Assembly (NCBI RefSeq): GCF_009914755.1
Contig: NC_060925.1
Source of the DNA: the human T2T-CHM13v2.0 reference genome, Homo sapiens
Direction: 5' to 3' (one strand)
Length of the DNA: 64,000 nt
Program-made: the position numbers and the translations under genes
The notes under the pieces: model-generated
Seen by the model: only the letters and a program-made list of their open reading frames with translations
Databases searched by the model: none
Told to the model about the DNA's origin: nothing
Part shown: positions 50,130 to 63,747 of the stretch, piece by piece
Layout of the letters: each line of letters starts with the position of its first letter
Numbering within the stretch: the stretch's first letter is position 1

Positions 50130-52150
50130 GGTGGGGTTGAAAGTTTATGTATAAAACTACTTCCCTGCAACTATAAACGTATAGCAATGATAGCTATAAA
50201 TAATATTTATGGAACCATTGTTGCTCTGGAAAAAATATATAAATGTTTCTTATAAAAAAACAGAAAAACAAAACCAAACTGCAGTAAGTTAGGCTAAAGC
50301 TGGAGATCTACTGCACTACAGGGAGGCTGAAGCTAGAGATCTACTGTACAAAGAGGCAGTTAAGATTTCAATTTCTGTGGGGAAGTAGAACCTAAGTCTT
50401 CCACACTCCAGTCAGAAGCTGGAGTAGGAAAAAAGCCAAAATCATTCTCAGGGACTATAGCCTATATTGTAGTGCTGGATGGCATGGCAGGAGGAAGCAG
50501 AGACAGCTGAATATGGCTCAAGCCATATGTTGACTTGGACCCTCAATTTGTTACAGCTCCCAGAATGGTAATTCTGAGCTGCCAATACAAGACTTGTTTC
50601 TGACTGGAGACTTGGGTAACCCAAATAGAGGCAACTATAAAAAGACCAGACATATAGAAGTGAGTGCCGAGAGAGAAATAGAAAAAAAAAAAGTTAAAAT
50701 AAAACACAAGGAAATTGTTAACTTGGTCTTGCAACTAAAATTCTATGAATGAAAACTAAACTCATAATAGCCAACAAATTTCATAAATGATAAAATTCAT
50801 TACCCAGAAAATTACAATCTTCTGAACAGGACATTAAAATGTACATGGTTAAAATCCTGAAAATCATATAGGAAAAATACACAGCAGGAGCAAGATATGA
50901 ATAAATATAGATGATTATGAGTCAATTACAGGAGATGATTTTTTAAATGTATAGGTTTGAGAAATAAAAAAAATGTAATCACTGTAATAAACTCAGTAAA
51001 TTGAACATAGCCAAAAAAGAAAGAGTTAACTGGAGGAAATATCTGAAAGCTTGACCTGTTATTCAGGAGAGATAGACAAAGAGATGGAAAATATCTAAGT
51101 AAAATTAAGAAGCACAGAGGATAGACTGAGGAGCCCCAAACTACATATAACAGTTCCAGAAGCAGGAAAAAGAGGGAATAGCAGAGAAGTAGCATTTCAA
51201 GAGATAATAGCTTAGTGTTTTTCTGAATTGAAGACAAGAAATTTATTGTCACAAAATACACACTGCAAGCTGAAAAGGAAAAATAAAAGTAAATCCAATT
51301 AGACTCAGAACCAAAAAACCCTGTAAACAATGAAAAGAAAATAGAAAATTTAAAAAAATTTTCTATTTTTTAAATAGAGTAAAAAAAATTTTACTCTTAT
51401 TTACTACCTAAAAAAGAGTAAAATTAAATTCACAATAGCCTTCTAGGAAGCAACAATAGATGTTATAAGTTGTCAGAGAGGGAAAATAACTCTCAACATG
51501 TAACTATAACTAGCTAAGCTATCATTTAATAGTAAAGGCAAAATACCATTTTCAGGTACTAGGATTAAATGAATTTATTGCCCATATGTAATTACTGAAT
51601 GAAGAAATAGTGAACTAGTGAATTTGTGACTCTCTAGGAAGATATCATTGGAATATGAGTGCAGCCTAATTACTGACTCTAAAAGGAATATTAATAGTCA
51701 CTAATTATCTTAAGATTATTGGGAATAACAATATCCTAGAAAAAAGGAAGGGCAGTGTTTGGAGGATAAAACAAGCTAAAACATTTTAGGAGTAAGAGAG
51801 AAATAGCAAACTTTAGGTTTTGTTAGAAAAATATGAAATTAAGTAGGATTGCAAAAAATTTTAATGTTGCCACTAAAAGAATAGAAATACAAATGGTAAT
51901 TTCTAAATTAACATAAAAAGAAAGAGCAAACAAATTTATCAATCAAACAACAGGCTGAAAATGTGTAAAACGAAGCAGTGGAAAAAATATGGTACACACA
52001 AAACATAAAAGAAAGTAGCATAAATAAGTGTAAAGAAATCAGTAATCACAATAAATATAAATGGATTAAATATACCAATTAAAAAGAGATGATCCAATTG
52101 CATATGAAAAATAAATGCAAAACCTAGAATTATAGATGTATCATTAGAAA
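50130..52150 (+). mobile_element. Ancient L1 (L1ME/HAL1-like) 5' region and ORF1 remnant
   Basis: A-rich ORF1-like motifs ('aacagttccagaagcaggaaaaagagg', 'gaagcaacaatagatg', 'aaatggattaaatataccaattaaaa'). Confidence 0.6.
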
Positions 52151-52849
52151 GGGTGGTTTGAAAGAAAGAGAGGCCAAAGTAAGGCATTTTGGTGCCATTT
52201 GTGTTGTTGGAATTTAGATGACTTCAAAGTGATTTAGTTTACACAGAAAACCAGAAATAATGAAAGAAGTTAATACCACTGAATTTGTCAGCACATTATT
52301 AAAGCAACTCTGCTTTTCAGGGGTTTTGGAATGAGAGATGCTTAAACTTAAATTCTTTTTGTACCACTTGGCTTTGTGACCCAGAATAATTATCTAAGAC
52401 TTTTGTGACTGTGTTCTCATCTGTAATATGTTTTATCGAATCTGCCTCACAGGTTTGTGGTTAAAATTAAAATGGATGATGATTTAAAGTGTTTATTACA
52501 GTTCAGTGTATGTTAGTACCCTTTTTTCTCTTTCCCTTGTACTCTTTAATGTGCTTTAATTTTGAATCAGATGAAATAAAACATTTGGCTTGATTTGTTT
52601 CTATAAAGAAAACTTAGAGGCAGCAAAAGCTCATTTAATCTCAGTCTCCAAATATAGATGGTGTTGTGCTTGGAAGCTCTTCAGGAAATTCAAGATGAAA
52701 CAATATCTAAGAAATGGGGTTTTCCAGCTTGCATTTGCTGTAAGTCATAAATTGTGGACAGGAACTTAGTGAACACTTAGTGCATCTCCTTCATTTTACC
52801 AGTAAGAAAAATGGAACACAAAAGATTAGTGTGCTGAAGTTACATAGAA

Positions 52850-53016
52850 CAATCCCTCTCAAACTTTAATAATGTACACATGAATTTCTCAGTATCTTCT
52901 TAAAATGCAGATTCTGATTTACTATGTCTGGATGGAGCCTGAGTTTATGCATTTCTCACCAGCTGTCAGGTAATATTGATGCTGCTGCTGTCTGGGCCAC
53001 ACTTAGAGTTGTAAGG
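52850..53016. mobile_element. MER5A (hAT) inserted in a MIR
   Basis: 'tctcaaacttt...ttaaaatgcagattctgatt...gcatttctcaccagct...gatgctgctg'. Confidence 0.8.
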
Positions 53017-55467
53017 ACAGATACAGATGGCAGAACAAACATTAGAATCTGAATCTACTAGATACACATATGCTTTACACTATGTCACACTTTAGGAAAT
53101 TTTTCAGGGAAGCAAACAAGAGGTTGTTTCTGACATTTAAAAAAAGCACACAATGCAGTGGTTTATAGTACAGGAAGAATATAATTTATATAGATATATA
53201 CTATTCTTGGTTTGTTACTGGGAATCAGGTGGCAACCCTATCTATACAAATCAAAATTGAATTGATCAAAAGACTTGTTAGAGGAGAGAAATCTGAATAA
53301 TGTCACTTCAGAGTTCCCCCTTTGTGCTTTTTTGCTAACTTCTATGGCAAATTTTAAAATCGATCTCTAAGTGTTTCCATTGAAAACTAAGTGAATTTCA
53401 AAGCACCTCCTTCTTGCCATGACTATTACTGGATCTTTAATACAGATAGGAGGTGACCAAAATCCAAACCAAAATTCCCTGAAACAAAAGGCATTGAATT
53501 GTTGAGTTTGGATTCAGGTATTTTTTGTCAATTTTATTTAGACAATGTTTGTTTCAGAAATACTTCTTCCTTCTGAGATTTGAATAAGGTTCTTACACTC
53601 TTGGGCTCTATTTCCCTGCCTGTTCTAACACTAATTATTAAAAAAAAAAAAAGAAACAAGGAAACATTTAAAACAGTTCTTTAAGTGCTAAGTTCTTAGA
53701 TTTATGGATTCAATAAAAAACAGTGCCTCTTCATTTTTCAGGGCTTGTGCTGATTTATACAGGCTTTATGGGCACAAAAATTAGATTAAAATTTTTTATT
53801 GAATCTTGTCTGAAATGCTGAAACGCGAAGGGAGATTTCAAGAAAGAAAATTCATTCTCCCAATTCTCTCATTAGATTTGGCTTTGGGAAAACAGAAGGT
53901 GTAAGCATACTAGGCTGCTGGTTTACCTCTGGATGCATCCCAGTCTGCCCAACCCACCAGGGGAAGAGGTTTCTTATCCTATTCAGAACCTCACAAACTA
54001 CGTATTCTGCTTAGTATTTCAAGGTATGGCACACTAATTACCATCTATGTAGACAGGGGTTCGAATTTTCCAGGATCCCAGCAGTTGAGTAGAACTCCTT
54101 TTGACTTGCTCATGGATGAAAAAATGTCAGGAGATATCTTTAGTGAATTTGAAGGAACTTGTTTGTCAGAACTCAAAATTCAAATTTCTGTGTTGCAGCT
54201 TCCTGCAGATCTAATCATAGCTTTTCTCTGCTTGATCATGATTTTCTTCATTTGAGCTCAGTTTCATCTCCAGATGTCCAGTAGTGCTTCATGCACCTGG
54301 ATGAACATTGAATCAGAAGGACAATTAAATAGCTGAGAACAATAAACTCAGGGATCTCTGCCTTTATTCTTTATTTAAATTCAGGAATTCTTCTGGGCTT
54401 CACTTTCAGGAAGATCAAAACTCTTTGGTTTTTACCTATCAGTTGCAGACTACCAGCAAAGTGTGGAATTGGTTTCATTACCTTGTGAGATTGCTGGCAA
54501 CAGTGACTCATGCAGGGATGGTTATTTGCTTCCTGTGATTTGCCTGCCATGCAGGTGGTTGGTTATAAAATAAGAAAGTTATTTTCAGATATGTCTTGAA
54601 ATAATATCACCTCTGTTGGATTGCCTAAGGTAATAGGACACTGAAGGATGAGGGGTACTAGGGGATTGGGGCTTGGTGTTATATCAGTGCATCAGAAAGG
54701 TGCTGAAATGACAAGGTACCTGTTAGAATATCTACATGTAGAATGTATGCTATAATTGTTTATGACTAAAAAAATTAAGAAACACTGCAATAACATAATT
54801 ATCTAGTTGGGTGAGTTGGTTGACTGTGGTCATTTTATTAATGTGTTTTTGAGTAATATTTTAATATGAAAGAAATTTTTACCATAAAAATAATTAAGCA
54901 GGAATTATGATACCTAGTCTTTGCTTTTGTCATGCTCATTCCACCATACATCTGATCCCATGAAGAACCCCCCTCCACCCAGTGTTTCCATTTTCTCATC
55001 TAGAACGGTGAAGACTAGGTTTTTGAGACATTTATTTTTAGCACATGAATTGTACATAATTCTTTTGAGGTGTAGGTGTTAAATGGATTTTAAATATTAA
55101 AACATTCCTGGAGCATTGGTGTATCCATACCACTAGTGAGTCAGAAATATAAAAAAAATAAATATCTACTGTCATCCATGAAATACATAGGTTTCTCATC
55201 CTGGCACAAGTTAATACTCCATTTCCTAATTTTCCAACTTGTGAATTTAGTAAGTGCACACTAAGCTCAGCTGTCCCTGTAAATTTAACCAATCAACAAA
55301 TGCTCCTTGAGTGCGCTTCCTCAGAACTACCATGAGGCTGTGTGGGGATGTTGGCTTCTGTGGCGACAGCGAGGTCTTTTGATGCTATTCTGTTTGCTAA
55401 GATCTCACTCCATCTCCCCCCAGCTTGAAGCCACCCAGGTTCTATGTGAAGGGTTTGGAGGCCATTA

Positions 55468-55526
55468 TGAGTCAGGCAACAGCTTTCTCATTGACGTGGT
55501 CAGTGGGGTTCTTCTGAGAAACAATG
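55468..55526. promoter_or_regulatory. Candidate enhancer motif cluster (AP-1, UPRE/CRE-like, STAT, SOX)
   Basis: TGAGTCA 55468-55474, TGACGTGG 55492-55499, TTCTGAGAA 55512-55520, AACAATG 55520-55526, in apparently non-repeat sequence. Function is inferred. Confidence 0.35.
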
Positions 55527-56352
55527 AAGCAATGGCCCTGGCTGCAACCAACAGAATGCCTGCTGCCTCAGAGTTGCTGTTTTTCAAAGCTAATCTTTTT
55601 TTTCAGTTTATTTTTACACTTAGACTTTATTACTATGTAAAAATACAAATATCAGAAGAAGCATAAATTTACTCTGAGAGGATATGACTGACTTAATCTC
55701 ATGAGATATCATGATTCCCATACATTTGCGTTCAGCTGTTATCAATTGAATATTTCATATTAATCAAGGAGGATATGATTTTACTGGAGGAACCAATTGG
55801 TGCTGCTGTCAGTTTTTCCTGTGTATGATTCTATCATCTTTTTAATTTGAGGGTAGGAGAATTTCTTCAGACTCTGAGCCAGAATAAGATCTAGGAAAAG
55901 GTGACATGATCTATATTCTTAATTTAAGAACCTGTTTCTAATGATCAATATCTGCATCAAAAGTGTAGTTTTTATGCTTTCACTTTAAATATAGATCAAG
56001 TAGCACTTCTCACTCATATATCTTCTGCATTAAGCATTTAATTTATTACACTTTTTATTTAAGGCTTGGGATAAGGGAACTATTAGTTTATAAAATAAAA
56101 GAACTTTTTGACTGAGTTTGAATTCTGCTGAGAGGAGGCAGCAAATTGGAGCTGAAATTGGACAATGTGGGCACGTCGGTGGATTTTAGGTGAATGATAA
56201 GGCATGTGTGTTTGTTTAAATAATCACTAGATCAAATTTCCAAAGAATAACTTGCTTCTAAAGGGATAATTATTTGTTCACTTACAGTAAAAACACAGGG
56301 GAAGCGAGTTTAAGCACTCAGTGAAAGTTTCAAATCTACACTGGCATTAGGA

Positions 56353-56798
56353 CGGGGGTCCTCAACCCCCAGCGTGTTAGGAACCGGGCTGCACAGCAGG
56401 AGGGGAGCAGCAGGTAAGTGAGCGAAGGTGAGCTCCACCTCCGATCAGATCAGCTGCAGCATTAGATTCTCATAGGAACGCGAACCCTATTGTGAACTGT
56501 GCATGCGATGGTTCTAGGTTGCACGCACCTTATGAGAATCTAATGCCTGATGATCGGTCACTGTCTCCCATTACCCCCAGATGGGAACATCTAGTTGCAG
56601 GAAAACAAGCTTAAGTCTCCCACTGATTCTCCATGATGGTGATTATGTAATAATAATAGAAATAAAATTTGCAATAAAGGTAATGTGCTTGAATCATCCT
56701 GAAACCATCTCCCACCTGCCCCCACCCCGCCCCCCAACCTGTGAAAAAATTGTCTTCCACAAAACCAGTCCCCGGTGCAAAAAGGTTGGGGACCACTG
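56353..56798 (+). mobile_element. MER1A (hAT-Charlie)
   Basis: cgggggtcctcaacccc...aaaaaggttggggaccactg; 8-bp TSD cattagga / cattaggg. Confidence 0.93.
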
Positions 56799-57413
56799 CA
56801 TTAGGGCATAGATAAGAGCCACCCACATACTGAGTTAAGGTAGGTGTTTTGTGTTCACCTTGTCCTTAGGAATTTAAGCAAGGTTTCCATGCACTAAACA
56901 AATGGTACTTAAAAAAAGAATGGGAAAGAAAGACACTTTTACTAACATAGTTCCTCAATAAAAGTAATAGTTCCTCAATATTTATTACACAATTTCTACA
57001 TCCTAGACACTGTGCTAGGTGAAGGAGCTCTGGCTCATTTGGTAAGTGCCTGGCTAGATGGTATTTGGTAAGATACCAAATCATCTAGCATGACCCCACC
57101 TTCCTCCTTACTGCTTATCTACAACGACCAAGTCCCAGGCTCTGGAAAATGTCTCTTGGACTAATTCAGTTTTCCTTGTTTTGACCATCTGTGGGATGTT
57201 TTTTTGCACTAGCTGTCTGGGTCTTCCTGCTCTTTTTTCTAGTTAGCTATCCAGCTGATCAGCCCAGGACCCTAGTGTAACTTGTCTAAATGGTGCTCTG
57301 ATAATGGCTGTGTCCCAATTCTTTTGGGAGTGGGATTTTACATTTCTGGGTGTGGTTGTTCTGCTTCTACAGGACATAATAGAACCTGTGATTCATCAGA
57401 ACTCTTAGCATAA

Positions 57414-57752
<339 letters not shown>

Positions 57753-58416
57753 ACTCTATACTTTTTAAACAAATTAACTTGTTAAATAAATACTTGTTAA
57801 ACACATTTTAAATTAAAAAAAATTTAACTTGTTAAATTTTTTTTCTGAAACAAGCACTTTGCATTTGTTGAACAATACTTTTAGTATCAGAAAACTATGG
57901 AAATGTAATGAATTTCCATAGTTTCCATAGAAATAAAGGCTTACTTCTTCAAGGAATTTCCTAGCAAAAGCGAGACGATGCCTCCCTTGGTGCAATTTGC
58001 TTTTCAGTGAACATCTTTGCCTTATACTGTCCCAAGCAAAAGTGGGCACTAAGCAGGAAAGAATTCTAAGGTTTTTTTTCCTTAATCCTATTTTTTTTAC
58101 CATTTGTTTGGCAGTGCTCAGAGAAATATGGCCACTCATCATTGCCAAAATGGACACTTTTTTTCTTTTTAGCAGCAAATATTTTTTGAGGATTCTCAGA
58201 AACTTTTATGGTTTTTGGTTAGATTTTTAAAAAGATTATAACAACGAATTTTCAAGTGTTTACTTTGACCTATGATCATTAAAAGGAATTCAAAATCTAA
58301 CTATAATATATCAATTATTTGTATCTGATATGAGTCTGAGATAAGAAGGAAAAGAGGAAAAAATAGAAAATTTTTTTACTCTGTAGTAAGCCACTCCTAA
58401 GTAAGTAATTCCTGTG

Positions 58417-59401
58417 TGTTGGTGCATTAGTCTGTTCTTGAACTGCTGTAAAAAAATACCTGAGACTGGGTAATTTATAAAGTAAAGATTTAATTGACTC
58501 ACAGTTCCATAGGCTGTATAGGAAGAATGACTGGGGAGGCCTCAGGAAATTTTCAATCATGGTGGAAGGTGAAGGGGGAGCAGACATGTCCTATGTAGCT
58601 ACAGCAGGATGAGGGCAGGGGAAGGTGCTACACCCTTTTAAACAACCAGATCTTGTTAAACAACCAGATCTTGTGAGCACTTACTCACTATCATGAGAGC
58701 AGCACCGAAGGGGAAATCCATCCCCATGATCAAATAACCTTCCACCAGGCCCCACCTCCAACACTGGGGGTTACAATTCAGCATGGGATTTGGGTGGGGA
58801 CACAGATCCAAACCATATCAGCTGGGAAAATATAATTAAAACCAAAATTTTCTCCCAGCCCAGGAAACCTCTCCACAAAGGCAGTTTAAAAATAAAACGG
58901 TTTTATTATTAAATAAGCATAAAACCAAGATGTGATGCACATCACAGACAATCCACTAAGAGGCTGCAAAGACAGAAAGAAATCTCAACCCTTTAAGCCA
59001 AGTATATACAACTCATTACATATATGTTTTCAAGATAAACAATAACTATCCTCAAGTAAGAGGACTCAACAACACCAATTGTCACACATAGTTTATCCTA
59101 ATTTCACCTGATAACTGGGGTGACCATATGTGTTAGTTAATTTGCTTTATCCAGAGGAAAAACACATTTCTTCTGTTTTTATGACAGGAGGTAGATTTGT
59201 AACTTGGAGCAAGGCGCCCACTGAAGTTAGGCATTTACATTTCCACAAAAACTGAAAGATAGATGCTATTTCCCTTGAGGTTTACATTTCAAAGAGAAGC
59301 ATTTTAAATGTTCCAAGGAAAAGGAGGGGAGAGAAATCTGTTTCCCCATTTTCCACAGGAAGAATTGAGTCTCTTATTTTTAAATTGTATTTGTTCTTAT
59401 G
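58417..59401. mobile_element. ERV1-class solo LTR (MER4 group, subfamily not assigned), interrupted near its left end by an MST
   Basis: tgttgg|MST|gaaaatataattaaaacc...; candidate 4-bp TSD TGTG at 58413-58416 and 59402-59405. Confidence 0.6.
58423..58820 (-). mobile_element. MST (MSTA-like) MaLR LTR
   Basis: tgcattagtctgttc...ccaaaccatatca; TSD gttgg / gctgg; internal 18-bp tandem duplication at 58639-58674. Confidence 0.92.
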
Positions 59402-59815
59402 TGTGTAACCTTGCAGATAAATCATTATTTGGTTTCACAATTGTCTGCTAATAAAATCTGCTATGTAAATGTTTATCTCTGAGTATTGAGACCATGTGCA
59501 ATATTTATAACTTTAACTTTGATGAATGTAACCAGTCTACAAGCTGAGTTCCCTGGAAATTTGGAATCTTTTCCATAGCACAATCTTTCTCTGCATATTC
59601 TAAGGAAATGGAGTTGCTTTGGAAACAAAGGATCTGGCTTATGTATTTTCTGAGGTGCTATGACCCTTGGTCATAATTCTGTGTCATGCCCAACTTTTGA
59701 GATCCTTAGTTAATTTGTGTAGAATTAATCATTCTTCTTTTGATCTTCTCAATTTAGTTACTATTAATGTAGATATTTTTGCCTCACACAATCTCTTTCT
59801 TGCTTTCATCTCCAA

Positions 59816-59985
59816 CAATGGCTCTCAACACTAGCTAGATGTTATACTCACCAACAGACTTTCTATAAAATGACAGTGTCCAAAGACTCCACCTTCAGAG
59901 ATTCTAATTCAGTTGATTTGTGGTGGGATCCAGGCATCAATATTTTTGAAGAATTCTATTTTGCAGCTGAAGTTCAGAACCTCTG
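59816..59985. mobile_element. MER5-family hAT element
   Basis: 'caatggctctcaac...cagagattctaattcagttg...agttcagaacctctg'. Confidence 0.75.
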
Positions 59986-61353
59986 ATCCAGAACAACAAA
60001 TTGGTCCAATAAGCCACTCACCAACAATAATAATTACTCTGTTTGTAAGCTGATCCCATGCTAATCTTTTTGGAATGCTGGGAGCTTTCACTTTACTGGA
60101 CCTTTCATATAATGGCAGACACCTTATAGAGGAGACCACATTATCTTCTACACCATCATCACCACCACCAATAACTATAAATATAAACTACACATTGGAA
60201 TCCTTGGTACTTGCACAGAACCTAACAGGGACTAGATATATCTTTATTGAATAAATAACAACTGCCTAGTTATTGAGCAGTACATAAGAATCAAGGAGGC
60301 AGAGTATGTACTTCTTAAATGTAAAGAAGATCTCTTCTGACATTCCAATCTTAGCTCTGGGGACATAGGATCATTGTAAAATTCAAGTACATGATTATTT
60401 GCTGTTAAGAATAATTAAGGTGTGATAATGGTAAGCTTTAGGGTTTAGAAAAGGGGCAAAAACTCAAAGCCAGAGAAATTTGAATGGTAATTGATTCCTG
60501 ATTATTTAAATATTTTAGTTATAAGAGATCAATAAAAACTTATCTGCTATAGTTTATTTATCTCTCCACTGAGGAAAAAAAAAACTACATCCGGATGCTT
60601 TGTAAAATTATCACTATGTCTTCCCATCTTGACTTGGGTGGAAGGGTAATAGCAAGAAGAAAATGGATAAAGGAGAAAAATTAGGGAAATACATCTCCTC
60701 CTTTAGGAAGGAAGGGAAAAGAAAAATAAGTGAGAGAGGAAAAGAGGAAATTAATTAAGTGGGCTTTTTCCTCTAGAGAAAGGGATTAGAGTAGGGCTTT
60801 TTTTTTCTTTAATGTAGCACAATATTGTGTCAGCCTAAAAGACACCTAAACAATATTTTGAAACTTTCTGTCTTGACATGCACCTCATGCCATTGGTAAA
60901 TGTGCTTCCTACCCCCTCCTTCCAGCCCCCAGCAGATATTTAACCTGGATTTTACCTATGAGTGATCCAGAGAATTCTAGTTCTCCCAAATGTTCCACAT
61001 TAAAAAAAAAACCCATGGTCAGGCAAGTCTGAAACACTAGGTCCTACAGCCCAATGTATACTAGCATATTAAAGGCCCAGAGAAGCCTGAAATAAAGAAA
61101 TGTGGTGCACAGTGACCTAGCATTCTCCCTGAAAGCAGGAACCCTAGAGTTATATAACACTGCAGCTGTGGAGCGAGAGGTCTGTATTAGACATGTTGGG
61201 GATACACTGTTAACCCATTCTGCCATATTTTCCATCCTATTACCTTAGTTTTATTATTGTGGGCCTCTATTCATTTGTGTCACAGAATACCTAAGAAAGA
61301 GAGGAAAGAGGTTGAATTTAGGAAAACAAGCGGGAAAAAGAGGAAGGTGAATA

Positions 61354-61389
61354 AATAATAATAATAATAATAATAATAATTAATAATAA
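61354..61389 (+). repeat. (AAT)n microsatellite
   Basis: Seen directly, with one interruption. Confidence 0.95.
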
Positions 61390-62204
61390 AAGACCAAGAT
61401 AGATCTAGAACAACAATGGCATTAAAGTGGAAACCCAGCTGAGGTATATTACAGCTAATCAAGGACTTTTAACACGTAACATCTGATTTAGGGAGAAGGG
61501 AAGAGAAAATGAGGGACCAGGCTGCCTGGGTCACTGCATTTGTGATGACAGGATTCCTACTCTATGCACAAACAGATGTGATCTAATCTTCAGACACTCA
61601 GCCTGTTCAGAAGAATTGTGATGAAGGTGAGCTGAGCTTAAGATAAGCATTTTTCAAGAAGAGTCAATACAGAAAAAGAAATGTCATGTTCTTTATGGTG
61701 ATTTTAGAAAAATTTCTCTGATTCCTCTCTGGGACATAGTTATGACCCACATTATATTTAAAGAAAAATCTTGTTTGGCTAATATTGTCTCTCAACTACC
61801 TTGTTATCTAGTGAAAAAATGATCATAACCAAAACCCAACTAACTATAACCTTGCAGTAGCTAGAGAACCTTTCTTCATTATGCCACACTCACAAAACCA
61901 AATATCAACAAAAGAAGCTGACAGGAAGGATTTACAAGATGTGCAAAAATTCCAGCAGCGTGAGTTTGAGTTCCGAAGTGCTTTCATTTTGAGCACCTAA
62001 TTTGGTATAGACTGGGCAGTTATGATTATCTCATTTTGCAGATGAAGAAGGTTAAATGATTTGTCCAAGATCATGTTGCTATGATAACTTTCTTCCAACT
62101 CCAAATTTTATTCTTGTTCCAATACATATGCAGTTTACTTTACTATGCCCTTGACTTCTATGGTAAATTCATACTTAAAATTCAAAGAAAATGATCAGTT
62201 AAAA

Positions 62205-62415
62205 GCTAACAGCTAATGATTATTGAGAACTTGCCCTGTTCCAGGCCCTGTTTTAATTACTTTACACCACCGTAGTTAATCCTAACGCTATTCCTAGGGA
62301 GAAGGCACTATCTTGATTCTCATTTTACTGATGAGGAACAAAGGCTGGCAGGGGTTGGTGGGTCTGGAACTAAGACTCAAGTGTGTTTGGCACAGGAGCC
62401 TATGCTTTGCCACAT
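62205..62415 (-). mobile_element. MIR (a second fragment lies at ~62020-62125)
   Basis: 'agctaatgattattgagaactt...ctcattttactgatgagg'. Confidence 0.75.
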
Positions 62416-62422
62416 TGTTGTT

Positions 62423-62938
62423 TGTCTCCATTATCTATTGCTCCTGTAAAAAATTACCACAAACTCGGTGCTTAAAACAATGCAAATGTATTATCTTATA
62501 GTTCTGGAGGTCAAAAGTCCAACACGAGTATCATTGGGCTGAAATCAAGGTGTAGGCAGGGCTGCATTCCTTCTGCAGGCTCTAGGGAAGAATCCACTTC
62601 TTTGCCTTTTCTGTTTTTTTTTTTAAGGCCAGTCACATTCCTTGGCTCCTGGCCCCCTTCCATCTTCAAAGCCTGCAATGTTTACCGGGTTTCATGCTGC
62701 TGTCTCTGTTGGGTCTCCCTGATGTCCCCTTATAATGACCTTTGTAGTTATATCAAGCACACTTGGATGATCCAGGCTAATCTCCCTATTTTAAGGTCTG
62801 CTAATTAGCAATGTTAATTCCATCTGCAACTTTAATTTCCCTTGGCCAGGTAACCTGACGTATTCACAGGTTACAGAGATTAGGACATGGACATCTTTGG
62901 TGGTTAGGAAGGGTGGGGGCATCGCTCCGCCTACCACA
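62423..62938 (-). mobile_element. MLT1D/C LTR
   Basis: 'aattaccacaaactcggtgcttaaaacaa...ctgaaatcaaggtg...gcctaccaca'; flanks ttgtt / ctgtt. Confidence 0.88.
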
Positions 62939-63529
62939 CTGTTCTTTCTCTTTTTATAGAAGGCAAGATTTAGAATGCAGTACTGTATCTACTTAGGCAG
63001 AAAGTGTTACCCGAATATTTTAGAAAGGCTTTAAAAAATAGATCTGTAAACAAAAATGACTCGGTTGACAATGAAACAAGAAAATATGATTTTAATTAAA
63101 CAACCTGGGTTTGCACTACTGTGCAGTTTACAAAGTGTTTTCACACACATCTGATCCTCGTAGATAACCTTTGCAGTAACTAGGAAAGATCTGACAGTTA
63201 ACTAACCCCCTCCCGCCCTCCTTTTCTTGCTTTCTTTTTCTTTTTCTTTTTTTTCCTCCTTTGGTTCACAAATGTTTTTCCTAAAATAAATCATACTGTG
63301 CAGGCCTAGTAAAAATTATAATTTTAACCTAAAATAAATATATTAAAATTTTCCACAGCTTTCTATTACTTTTTGGTTTAGTTTTCAAGGAACTCTGTCT
63401 GTGGGAGGAATTCTAAGTATCATTTACAGATGGCAGTTTCTTGAGCTGGTTTAATCACGTCAATGAGAGGAAAATGAGAAGAAGGTATTGTTGGGAGAAG
63501 TAAGAATGAAGTTGCTAAAAAAGTGGGCA

Positions 63530-63697
63530 CTTATTCATTTGAGAAAACCATATTGAGCACTTGCTATAGGCCAGGTATTTTTCTGGGATCTAGGGATATA
63601 GTAATGAATAAAACAGTCAAGAGTCCCTGTCTTGGGAGCATAGACATCCATTTCTAGAAGAAGAGATTGATAATGGACAAATTAACAAGCATATATC

Positions 63698-63747
<50 letters not shown>

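Noticed and set aside
55307-55666. 119-aa ORF in unique sequence
   Set aside because: TTG start, no recognisable domain, no clear splice context; length is compatible with chance.
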